Origin: Tubiluchus corallicola
Taxonomy: Eukaryota > Animalia > Priapulida
Direction of reading: 5' to 3'
NCBI GenBank assembly: GCA_030141605.1
Contig: JAQGDQ010000260.1
Location: forward strand, 1-64,000
Length of the DNA stretch: 64,000 nucleotides
Shown: positions 52,601 through 64,000 of the stretch, in pieces
How the letters are laid out: each line of letters starts with the position of its first letter
How positions within the stretch are numbered: position 1 is the first letter of the stretch
Made by a program: the position numbers and the translations under genes
Notes under the pieces: generated by a model
What the model was told of the DNA's origin: nothing
The model's database searches: none
What the model saw: the letters and a program-made list of their open reading frames with translations, nothing else

Positions 52601-55600
52601 ATAATGTAAATAATGACAAGAAATTTTGTCACTAAAATCTAGTTTGCTAATTTACTGCATCAAAGCGAGCCGTTGGAGATGAAAAGTTTACCAAGGTTAG
52701 TGTGTTAGCTACAGGTTCTGTACTCTAAATTCTAATGGCTCTATTGGCCAAATATGGTCAGGAAATCAGTCATTGGCCTCAAGTTGTTCTCAGTATGCCT
52801 TTTGTTATTACAGTGTGAGCTGTACCATTGGATTGACATTCTGGATCATTTTGATTCGATATTAGAATCGGCTTGTTCTAAGGAGAAAGAAGGTGGCTGG
52901 TTATTGAGCTGTGATCGACCATGCAATCAACAGGTGCCAAAACTGTTTATTAGATGTTTTTCTTAAACAGCTTACGTACATAATCAGTTATTTTTCATTT
53001 TGCCTTGCATTTTTGTTTGGTCGACATTGAAATAATTACAAATCTTTAGTTTATATTCTTTTGGGTGGCAAAGCCAACTTGAATCATTTTATTTTAGTCA
53101 TTTTTTTATTTCTTAATGTGTAAGTAAAGTATTCGTACTATGCATTTTGGAAACATCATTCTTCGTTTCGTCGTGGTTTTAAAGTCTCTAAATTATGTGT
53201 AAATTCTATAACTAATTATAAGAACTATTGAAAACAAGTGTTGTTTAAATATATCTGTGTTTAGCAAATTTTGATGTTGTTGATTTATTGTATTGCCTTT
53301 TGTTCTAAGCCTTAGTTTCTTTTATATCCAAATAGAACCTCATTTTCATAAAACAGGTGTAAAAGTTTTTCAAACATTTCATTTTGGCCCATTTTTGTAT
53401 TTTCGTCTTGACTGTTCTGAAATTTGTAGAAAAACATTTCATTTATTGCTTTTATTATCTTAGTATTAGGAAAACAGAATGATTTTTCACATCCTACCCT
53501 ATTTTGAAGTACGTTAAAGGTATCCACTTTAACACCTTTAATAATGTCAATGTATTTCTGATTATTAAATAAGAGATTAAACTCAATTAACAAGAGGCGA
53601 ACCGGACTACTGATAGCATCACAACTGAACGTAATTTTTAATAGCACAAACATTCCATGAGCGTGTTGCACATGTTTGCGAAAGCGAAAATTGAAAGATA
53701 GTGCTACTGCACAAGATTCAGTGTGACATATTCTGCAAATTTTAAAATTTAAATTTCAAGTTTACGTCTTTGCTCACGCATGATCTCTCAAACATGTGCA
53801 TTACATCACAACTGAACACATCTGGTCTCAGAGTTCATGCCTAGATATCATAAAACTAGCTGTCTCATTTTCTTGTAAAAACCTATTATAATTTTGACGG
53901 ATATTGATAGTGCACTGCTTTTTTTCATCCGATGAATGACATCATCGATGAAAGATTGGGTGTTCAATATGGGAGCGCCCGAGCGTGAAATGCTCGCACA
54001 TTTAAAATGATTGTAGTAATTATAATAGGAGTTTATCATACTTATTTTTTGCAAACATTTAATTAAGCCTAACTTCACATAAAGCTTGCCTTTTCCTTTA
54101 ATGGAATTATTTTGTTTCAGTCGAAGACGCTGCTATTGCACGTGTTGCACTTCACTGCCCTGCTCATAGAGCACAGTTTTTCCCGGCACTTGTACAACAG
54201 CATGGAACACTTGACGGAGCTATTATCAGCCAGCGACATGAGCATCGTGCTGGGAGTATTAAATTTGCTCTACGTGTTTAGCAAACGTTCCAACTTCATT
54301 ACCCGTCTGAGCTCTGACCGAAAGACTTCTTTGCTGACCAGACTCACGTACCTGGCAGAGGTAATTAACGTTTAAACTCTTATTTTCTTTTTATAAAGTT
54401 TTATTTATTTGTTTACCATATTTATTAAAGTGTGCACAGTCAAATTATGCAATAGTGAAAATTTCATCAAGTATGTCTAGTAGTTACCATTATTGTACTA
54501 TGTACACGGTAATGGTTAGATTTGGAGTACTGACCAGAACATACTGCTCGTTAGTTTTGCATATGTAATTGTATTATTCTCCACTTTGTGGTGAAACTTT
54601 GCTAAGGCTGTGTGCAGTGTAATGGAAATATAAGTGAGTAGGCTTCTTTATAAAATTTTTGATTACTTTATAGGAATTTATAAATACAATATTGTAATTT
54701 CAGAGTTGGGGTGGTAAAGAAAATGGGTTTGGTCTCGCTGATTGCTGTAAGAATCAGCATATGAATGTAAGTAGTTTATAGTTTTGTTTATTAAGCTCAG
54801 AGGTAACAATTTTTTTCTTTGTATAATTATTATTGGCCAGATCGCAATTAGTGCCCAGATGTGTGTTAGTTTTTATGATTATGTAGTTTTGTGTGTGCTA
54901 CTGGTGCGTCAAAACTTGACTTGTATTACGTATTTAAGCATTGCAACTAATGCACACTATTCATATTGCATGATTACAGGATTGCCTTTCTAGTCTACTG
55001 TAATGCCGTTGCATAGTAGTTGCAAGTTATTCATTCTGCTTGCATCAGTTGAAGTGTAATAATGATTCCTATGAGAATGAATGCCTGCCATTCAAAATGT
55101 TAATTTATTACAGGAGTTTCCGCCTAGTGCAACAACACTGCATTTTGAATATTACATTGAAGCCAGCGAAGAAAAATCCGGAAAGAAGGTTTGTTTATTG
55201 TGATATGTGCAAATACTTCAACTAGAACTATTTATTAAAGCATTTCCATTGATTACCTATTAAATCTTACTATTTTGCAGTGTTTTTTCATTCTTGTTTT
55301 TGTAGAAATGTTTACAAATACATTCTGATTGTTATTAAATCCTAAACCACTTTCCTTCTCAGAAAAAGTTGTAGCAGTGATTAATGAGAGTATGGCGCAC
55401 GTGCATATTATTGAAATAGCTTTGGTGATGTAGGTACTGTAAGTCGCATTTGAAGATATGCTTTATCTTTATTGATAGTTTCACTGGACAGAAGCCCAAT
55501 TTAGCAATTTTTAACAGCTTAACTGCTTTTAGAGTAGGACTGTATAATTTTTTTTTACAATGACTGGTGACATCTATTTAAATGACAAGAAAAGGAGTAT

Positions 55601-58600
55601 CTGAAGTAGATTTTAAAAAATTGCCTTAAAAATATTACTTTATAGCAGTTTGATGCATATATCGCACTCGCATTTTTTGTTTTTTTCATTTTAAATCTCC
55701 TGCAATACTGTTCCGATTGCATCATTACACAATGTCATATACGAACACTGTTAATTCAATGGAAGGAAAGGAAATATTAAACTATGTCTTAAAAAACTTT
55801 CTAAGCAAAGTTATATTGTTTAGCATTTCACTTGCCTGCTTGAAAGACGTTTGTAACTCGAAAAGAAAATCATTAATTATATAAAATGTTTTCACCAGTT
55901 GGTAAAATGTCATTGATTCACTTCCAGGGTGCACCATTCAGGAACTAAAAACGTATTTTTAATCTTGTTGACAAGATACAGTAATTTAAAATTTTAATTA
56001 GTTAGTGACGTGTGTGTTTTGAATGCTTTGATTATTTTTTCAAACTTTACTCAGTGTTATCTAAACTTGTTTCAAATGACTTATTGTCAAAATCGCTACA
56101 TCTAAAGGTCATCGCGGGAGTTTAAATTTACATATTTTATGCAGCGTGTATTCAAGCTCTCTATGCAAAAAGATAGTATGTAAGTGGTATAAAATTTCAA
56201 CAGGAATTTTTTAAGCTTTATGTAAGTGGAGGATTTTCTTGTGCTTTTACTACCGATCATGTTACTTCTTATTACCATCCACTTGTCAAGCCATTGTGTG
56301 GACATTATTGCATAAAATGGAACCTATTTTAGGAGCAATTGATACATTATTGCTTAAAATAGAACCCCTTTTAGGAGCAATTAATACACACTTTTTTGTT
56401 TTGGCCATAATCTGCAAATTATAACATTAAGGCATACGTGACTCTTAGCCAGCAATTTTGTTTGATTATATGCATGACGTCACAGCTAAAACTTATTTGT
56501 GCTATATTTGCTAAATCCCAATTTTCAGCTGTAAATCAATATTGTAGCCAATTTTAGTCATGTTTACGACAGTGTAAATTATCTTTTAAAATACTTGATT
56601 TTACGTTGTACTGCACCTATGATATGCAAATTGTCTGTACTGAATGTGTTCATTTTTTGGAACTTCTAATAGATGGCAGCATAGATTTCAGTGCCACGCA
56701 TGTGCAGAAAGCGATATAGTCGATTCAGTTTTTCTATTGTACGATGTGGCACCTATTGGTTACTATACAGAAAACTATAGAATTTGTATTAAAACATGGC
56801 ATGGCATCCATTGACCTCACTTTTTTTGTGTGAGTCTGTGCATGGTATTTAAATCTACGTTATCAAGTCTCATTGTTTTCCAGAATGCTGTACACACTGT
56901 AAACTGCATACATCTAGAGAACATTGACACTCTTGGTTCTCTGCCGTCATTGATAATGGAAGAATTGCTAGAAAAACATGTTGTACCGCAAGATAAACAG
57001 GTAAGTTAATAAATTTAATGCAAAGTTCCCGCTTTTAACCTGCCCTTAGCTAATGATGTATGTAGAGCAGGAACGTATGCAATTCGAGTGTGTCCTGGTG
57101 TGTTTGAGTGTTGCTTACAGCAGTTCAGTAAGTTGTGTTACTACTCTGTTATTTATGTAGCCAAAACAGTATGAAGGCTTACGTGATAATGGTCTTTACG
57201 AAAGAAACATTCCCCATCATTTACTACACGGTGTAAGTTCCTGTATTCGGCATTTTTCATTAATGGGTGGAAAGTTAACTTGTATGAAACAAGGACATCA
57301 GTTCTGTGATTTTGTGACTTCACTGTATGTTACTTACTTTCTGAATCACGCATCATATTGATATATGTTTAGTTTAAACATAAGTTTATTAAACATGTAA
57401 CTACTAGGTTTGAAACAGACAGTTTTACAACTGATATGTGTTCACCCGTAGTGGGAGCGAAATGCTAAAGACAGATGCAGAACAATAGTGACCAGTGACT
57501 ACAATGTGCAAGAAATGTTGCAATAAATATGAACATTACTGCGTAAGAAGAGTAACATAGTTAATACTATTTGAAGCGCTTAGTGTTTGAAATGAAATGA
57601 CTGCATTAATACAAAAATTTGAGTGTTTACATAATTGTCTAGTGTATGGTTCCCATGCAGGAACAGACATACAAGTTCATTTGTAGCAAGACTGTAAACA
57701 TTGATATAAAAAGTGGACAAAAGAGTGCAGAGATTCGTAAATAAGTCATGTCTGGCCTAAGAGGGCAGCTAATTAAGTAATGACCAACTGTTTCATAAAG
57801 AGAACCACATTGACAACTAGGTGATACCAACGACACACCATTATTTTTACATTTTCATATGTATAAGTCGTGATTAAGTTTGACGAAAACCAACTCAAGT
57901 TTCTATATATTTTCTTCCAGATGCTGTTATACACACATTTGCGGTTAGCACATTCTTTCTCTAATGTGGAAAAACGGTTGCAATGTGTGCAAGCCCGACT
58001 ACAAGCAGTTTCAATCCTCGGTAGGAAATGATTGATTGCTTCAATTGAATTATTTTCCAATATTTTATTCGATTTTACCTTTTTTTATGAGTCCATAGCT
58101 CTGTTTTTCCTTCTTCACATTTATGTTCCAAGAAATTTCTGTGAAATTGTGTGTTATATTTGTGTTAAAGATCTTTATGTTTGTACTACGAAGCCAGGTC
58201 AATTAAGGTTTACTGTTCACACATACAGTGACCAAGTTTAGATCATTACCTTTTGTGTTTTGACCTTGGAAAGTTCAAATTGGCCTTTTTCTAGTTACAA
58301 ATTGTGACATGTGTTATTAACATAATATGTTCAGTTTATTTACCAGAAAAATACTATGCGTTCACACTAAGTTTTATTCTAGTATCTGGTAATGAATTGA
58401 CACCAGATGAATAATTGCCTTAGTCAATTGAACCTCAGCTTTTTGTATTTTAAAAGTGTTTTGTTTATTTTTATGCCTAAATGAAGAAAAAAATCAATTT
58501 AGACGTTTTTCTGAGAAATTTCGTTTAGATTTCTAATGGTTATAATTGAAACTGCTGTTTCAGATGCTGTTTGTTTTGTGTTGGTTGTTCAAACTGCTAA

Positions 58601-61600
58601 TTTCTCAAGAGTTTAACGATATTGGAAAGAGTTTACGATTGCCCACACAATTTAAATACTCTGACCCCAAACCTAATCCTAACACCAAGCCTAACCCTAA
58701 TCTGCTTAATGAACTAACTTCTTGTGTGTGGGGAATTGTAAACTTTAGCCATGATATTAAATGCTAAGCCACAATTATAACTATTTTTTCATGAATATTG
58801 GCGTCTCACTGATATCGTCTTTTGGTTTATGTTTCAGTTTATTCAAATGCTGTGCAGGACAATGTAAATACCCTACTATACAACGGCTTTATAGAAGAAC
58901 TTGTTGATGTGCTGGCACTGCCAGATGATAAACTTGTGGTAAGCGTAGTACCTGTAATATTGTGGACTAAAGTAATGCTGCTTGTCTTTGGCTACTTGGC
59001 TAAGCCATCTATTTTATTTAAGCATTTATTTTTATTATGCCGTGCATTATTTTAAAACGAAAACAGGATGATTCTCTTTTGGCTGAAAATATGCATTTTA
59101 TTGCCTGTAATAAACACTAAATTGTTTCACGTGAAGTAAATATTAATTCGTTTTTTAATTTAATTTTAATTAAAAGTCGATGAGCACAGTTTACGCTGGC
59201 TTCACAAACCGGGAAGTTTTCTAAAGACAGAAACCCACTGAGAACATTTCGCCACGACTGTAAAAGCAAAAATTGAATACATTGTTGTTGTATAACACAG
59301 ATTGCGAAATACAAATGCAGTTTCAAATCTTGAAATTATTGCTGTACTAAAATGTGATTTCACGAAGCAGTCTTTGCGTCAGAAGTGGGATGGATTCTAC
59401 TGACTGGGTGAAGCATTTATTTACTGTATATCGTGTTTGAAGATGCAGGTGCTGCCGTCCACTTAGGTATGAATTATTGAAAGCATGCGACAGTAAAACA
59501 GTGATGTAATAAACCAAAATTATACTTCTTTACAGGATATCAAGGCAGCATCGTTGCGTTGTTTGACAGCTATCGTTCATTTGGAGCGGAATCCTAGGTA
59601 ACGGTTTTTTGTTTAGTTGCTATTCGCTGAGAGGGGATCCGATGTAAGCACGTTTTTGCAAAGTAAACGATGTCATTTTGCACATCTAAAAAGTAACTGT
59701 GCCAGTATGCCTGGTAACAAAACTAAACATTAAACAGCTATGTTTCAAGACTTGATAGAATATTTTTGATTTAAACAGTATTTTACTATCAAACAAAACA
59801 ACATGCAACATACGTGTGTTTGAAGAGAAGACACAATAGAATGTTAACAGGTTTGGCTCAGAAGAAACCTATATTAAAGCCTCTCCACAAAAGGCTTTTT
59901 CGCAGAGATGAAATTTCACAAACCTGTAGCATTTTTCCTTGTTCTTGTATTTTAATAACTATGCTGACTGATATTTTAATAACTACATGAATGGTCTAAT
60001 AAATATAATCCTTCGACTATTTTTGAAACCGTCGATTTGCTTGAATTCACTTACGTGTGTTCTAGATTGAGTTCTATAATTGACGTGACTGGTGCGTCTT
60101 CATATCACGGATTTCTCCCGACTCTTGTGCGCAGCTGCATACAGCACATGACCGATCCGTCGCTGACTCCGTTTCCGCAGCCGTTTGCAACGTCGCTCTT
60201 CTCATTTTTATACCACCTTGCTAGTTATGAAAGTGGTAAGTTAACAATTTGGTTACCATTCACCTTTTCATGCTTTCCTTATAATGGATGTTTTTGTGAG
60301 CGACATGTGCTAAATACAAGTCCAGCAGTCTTTTAGATGTAATTTATGATTTTTATTGTCCAAAATGGGCAATCATCGTCTCATCCCAAAATCACTATTT
60401 GACTGACTGACTGACATGTTATGTGCGACTCGACTTCGTTTTATCTGAAGCAAATCCAATGTTTTTTCTGCTAAACCAATGTTAAAAGGATAATTAACTG
60501 CTAGAATGAAAATGTATAAGAATATCATGAAATATGAAGAAATCAAACTTACATCTTTGCCGCATCTTACTAACTTGCTAAAGAGAACTCGACTGCCAAA
60601 ATTTTGTGATAAAACGACACAACGTACTGAACAAGAATGACTTCTTTTCTATCCTGTCTGCAAAATGAGGCCAATGGCCTATTTCCTGTCCTGGCTCACC
60701 TGTCTATCAGCAGCCTAAATTTGCAAAAAACAAATACAAGGAGGCACCACGTGCTTATATCCAAAACAGTGTTCTTTTAATAATATTGATTATCAGAAAT
60801 GCAAGCGATACGAAAACATTTCCAGTTTGCTTTAAATTCAGAATTTTAATATAACAAGCCTTGCATTTATTACAGTATTTATCACTCATGCATTTTATTT
60901 TGCTAAGCGTAGGAGCTGTACCGGTAGTCGTCGACTTACGACCACAATCGGGACTGGTGGATTGGTCGTAAGACGAGTTGAATATAAGTCGGACCCGTCT
61001 ATACGCAACATGTTTTGTGTGTTTGCACACTAAGTATGGCGGCTCCTGTAATGAATTTGTCGAAACAGACAGCGATTTAAAATTAACTTGTTTAAAAAAT
61101 AGAAGGAAATATGAGTTGTTGTTAGTTTGGAAGGAGTTCCCCACACAATTTAAATACCCTAACTCTAACCCAAACCCCAATGTCTGTGGGGAATTGTAAA
61201 CTTTAGTTGTTGGTTTTGTGTATTTAGTTAATTAAGTTACGGTCGGGTAGGGATGTTTAGTGACACAAATTTTGCAATACAATAACGATACGATGCAATA
61301 CTTTTTTCCGACTACACAATAACGATAAACTATTTTTTGTGTGATATGATGCAACAAATTATTTCAAATAATAAAAAAACGATACTGAAGTTAGACAATT
61401 AATACATCAACAGAAAAATCATCATTAATAATAATTAAAATTATTCAGTTTGTCTGTGCATTCAGTGTTGTATATGTGAATGACTTCTAGGTATGAAATA
61501 CAAGTTTGTTTGTTATAATGGTTCATAAATTACTAATCTGCAACAAATAAACATATTTATATGATAAAATATTTGTCTATGCAATGTGCAATGTGTCACT

Positions 61601-63830
61601 GACCTGGAAAGTGACACTAAAATATGGTACAGTGTATTTACGTATGCGTGTCAGTATCAAAGTGTATAAATAGGTCTCTATACCTTGGCAGTATGATTCA
61701 GAATGAAGATAACCGTTAATGGCAGGTGGAAGTACTAGAAAATTATTCAGTATATGACAGGCGTATAGTTTTAAGTAATTCTTTTTATCCACTTCTATGT
61801 GTAATTATTGTAAATAAATAGAAAAGAAAAGTGAAGCGATTTGGTAAACGTAAGCAATAAGCAATGACACGTGCCAAATTCGATATGATAACGATAAAAC
61901 AAATCTTTCATTTCGATACAACAATTGATAATTATTGATACTTATCATTAACATACCTAAGTCAGGTCGTAAAGTCAGACAGTTGTAGCTTGCATATGTC
62001 GTAAGTCGAAGGCTACTTGTACAATTACAGCACGACTGTTATTACAGCATTACAGGAAGATTGTTAAGAGTGCAAACATTATTATGGAGACGAAAATCAT
62101 GAAGTGTCTTATGTCTGTCTATCATGGTCACTTTTCCAAAACTGTGCTTTTTTATCGTAACGGAAAAGTTTCTTTAATTGTTTTGCCAAGCTTTTTAAAG
62201 TGATTAGTCTTTGAATTACTGCAAGTTGATTTACTCAAGTGCTGAGTGTGATTTTTACACATCTGTTTCAGGTGGTGAAGCTCTAGTTTCGTGTGGCATG
62301 ATGGAGTCTTTGCTGAAGGTCATAAACTGGTATGAGGAAGATTCTGATCACATCACAGTAAGTTGCTTTTGATCATCATCTTAGGTGCTTCCCGTTGTGC
62401 AGCATGGCGCCAATCATAATTTGTTGCCATGTGCTCCGTTCTGCTGACGCATGTCAAGTATTCACATCATTTAAGTCAAATGAAGTATTTAATGAGTCTT
62501 CCTTCAGAATAGTCTTCCTTCAACTGTCCTCCTCATGGTTTTTTCCCAGGTATTAGTGCTTGATGTGATGTTATAGCAAGTGCTGAATCCTATAGTAATT
62601 TAATGACAAGTCCAATCTGTTTAAACCGGTCTTCTGTATGACGACACTCCATTCCTTCTTCGTTAAATCATGTAGATCCTAATTTGAGATTTTCTTTGGC
62701 CATTTTATACCCAACATCTTTCTGTACAGACGTCTTTGGAAAGCATTGATTTCATTCTTCTGAGCAACTTTGGCTGTCCAATATTCAGAGTTATACAAGA
62801 ATACAGGTTCTATAAGTGATGGCAGAATATGTAGTTTAGTTTCTGTAGTAAGATTCGAATTTCAAAAATGTTTGTGAGCTTAGAATATGCAGCCAAGGCT
62901 AATATTTTTCTACGTGTTATGTCAGCTTCATTGTCTACTAAACTGACCAAAGTATTTGCAATTCTTCCAAGACGTATCCCCACCACGTTGTATTGTGTAT
63001 TATTCTTTTGATGGTCATTCAGTTGACAGGTGCAATAGTGGAAATGTTTGTAGCTCTATTTAGAAAAATAGAGTAATACAGAATCTAAAAAAAACTGCAA
63101 ACAAGTTGTTTTGCAGATTTGCTTGTTCCCACACCTGCGTTCCAGCTTTCCTTAATCTTGAAATATGTTCTTGTTTGTTTTAATAATAATAATAATTTAG
63201 TTTAGGTGATAGTCCAGGGATAACACCTTAAGTATTTCAATACTTATTTCCAAGGTGGTTCCGACTATTATTACCTGCTTGTTACTTCGATAAACCCATA
63301 GTTATCATTTTATTGTTTACAGGTAATGTCTTTTTATTGTAAATTCAATTGTCTTCAGTTTTTAACTGCAATTTTTGTATAAAAATAAACCTTTTCTCTA
63401 TCTGTCAATCTATCTAAACCCGCGTGCCTGGTCAAGGAACCAGCGGTACCATTTTTAAATCTTTGGTATGACTCGATCAGGAGTTGAACCCGTGACCTCC
63501 CGGGTGGGAAGCTAGGATGCTACCATTGAGCTACAACACCTGGTGATAGTAAACTGATTTTCTCTTCCTTTTGCGTGATATTTTTAAAATAAATCACAGT
63601 ATGATGAATGAGTTTTTTTAGATTTTCCTGTGGATCATATTTTTTGAAGTGTAATTGCACCAGAATTGCTGCAAGTTATTGATTTTTCTGGACATGGCGG
63701 TTTATTCTATTGTGTTGTTTTGTTTCAGTTTGTGACTCGGGCTATACGAGTGATTGATCTTAACACAAACTTAGACATGCAGTCGTTTCAATCTCATGGT
63801 GGTTTAAGTTGCTTTATAAACAGACTAGAG
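49603..63830 (+). CDS. HUWE1: E3 ubiquitin-protein ligase HUWE1, N-terminal armadillo-like (DUF908/DUF913) region; first 13 coding exons (461 codons), gene continues past the window
   Basis: Exons: 49603-49647, 51251-51352, 52814-52933, 54121-54360, 54704-54766, 55114-55188, 56884-57000, 57921-58020, 58838-58938, 59536-59597, 60066-60235, 62272-62357, 63729-63830. All introns are GT-AG and in phase. Motifs: [84 protein letters not shown]. Confidence 0.96.
50980..51097 (-). mobile_element. ~115-bp mini-element with TIRs and telomere-like core
   Basis: TTTACAATTCC..CACAAGAAATTAGTT..GATTAGGGTTAGGGTACTTAAATAGTGTGGGGAATTGTAAACT; inverted relative to the 58630 copy. Confidence 0.7.
57760..57840 (-). 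mobile_element. Non-LTR retrotransposon C-terminal zinc-knuckle relic
   Basis: The minus strand encodes [21 protein letters not shown], the CxC..ETxxHYxxxCP motif at the end of many LINE ORF2s. Confidence 0.6.
58630..58744 (+). mobile_element. ~115-bp mini-element with TIRs and (AACCCT)-like core
   Basis: AGTTTACGATTGCCCACACA..AACCTAATCCTAACACCAAGCCTAACCCTAA..TGTGTGGGGAATTGTAAACT. Confidence 0.7.
61124..61202 (+). mobile_element. Short copy of the same mini-element
   Basis: TTCCCCACACAATTTAAATACCCTAACTCTAACCCAAACCCC..GTGGGGAATTGTAAACT. Confidence 0.65.
62371..63030 (-). mobile_element. 5'-truncated, decayed RTE-type LINE (3' end of ORF) in HUWE1 intron 12
   Basis: Across frameshifts the minus strand reads [70 protein letters not shown], ending ..[17 protein letters not shown] at a short (GAT)n tail. 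Confidence 0.75.
63179..63544 (-). mobile_element. tRNA-derived SINE with a Meta-like domain and (ATT)n tail
   Basis: Reverse complement: A box TAGCTCAATGG, B box GGGTTCAACTCC, then GTCATACCAAAGATTTAAAAATGGTACC..GGTAATAATAGTC..(ATT)n. Confidence 0.7.
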
Positions 63831-64000
63831 GTAAGTACAAGAAATGTGGTTACCTAAATTTTATCTTAACATTTCTGTTATAAATAAAATATCAGCTAAT
63901 TTGCTACCTGCTATAATATGAATTGCAATGTACGTATTTGTAAGTGGTCGAACAGTAAAAGGCGGTGATGTTTGCCTTGAATTAATTTCTGATTATCTTA

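Noticed and set aside
62371-63030. This RTE as the mobilising partner of the 5S-SINE
   Set aside because: Its 3' end (..GCACCTAAGATGATGAT) does not match the SINE tail (..GAAGGATGCCAACCAAC).
49648-63728. Intronic let-7/miR-98 or snoRNAs in HUWE1, as in vertebrates
   Set aside because: No let-7 mature sequence was seen, and no convincing C/D box pair with terminal stem was found by eye.

Overview
AT-rich, intron- and repeat-rich eukaryotic DNA from an invertebrate metazoan (lophotrochozoan-like, by inference from the SINE/MITE types). It is not prokaryotic, and I found no CRISPR array or operon. I reconstructed six protein-coding genes by hand from GT-AG splice sites and reading-frame continuity. 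(1) A 3-exon gene for a secreted, probably GPI-anchored protein with an NtA/CCDC3-like N-terminal domain and a Pro/Gly/Arg-rich stalk (+, 2990-11235). (2) HDAC11 (-, 9 exons, 25907-14908) with an unusual ~230-aa C-terminal extension. (3) LIS1/PAFAH1B1 with an intronless CDS (+, 30655-31875). (4) RIOK2 with an intronless CDS (-, 37348-35849). (5) CEP19 (+, 2 coding exons). (6) The first 13 coding exons of HUWE1 (+, 49603 to beyond the window end). Non-coding DNA holds many transposon relics. These include a full-length 5S-rRNA-headed SINE with an RTE-like tail and a 10-bp TSD nested in a hAT-type MITE, two tRNA-headed Meta-type SINEs with different tails, RTE and other LINE fragments (one fused to a copy of host exon sequence), a THAP-domain relic, Tc1/mariner, hAT and Harbinger-like MITEs, a mini-element family with telomere-like repeats, and mini/microsatellites. 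Family assignments come from motif recognition, not from database searches.
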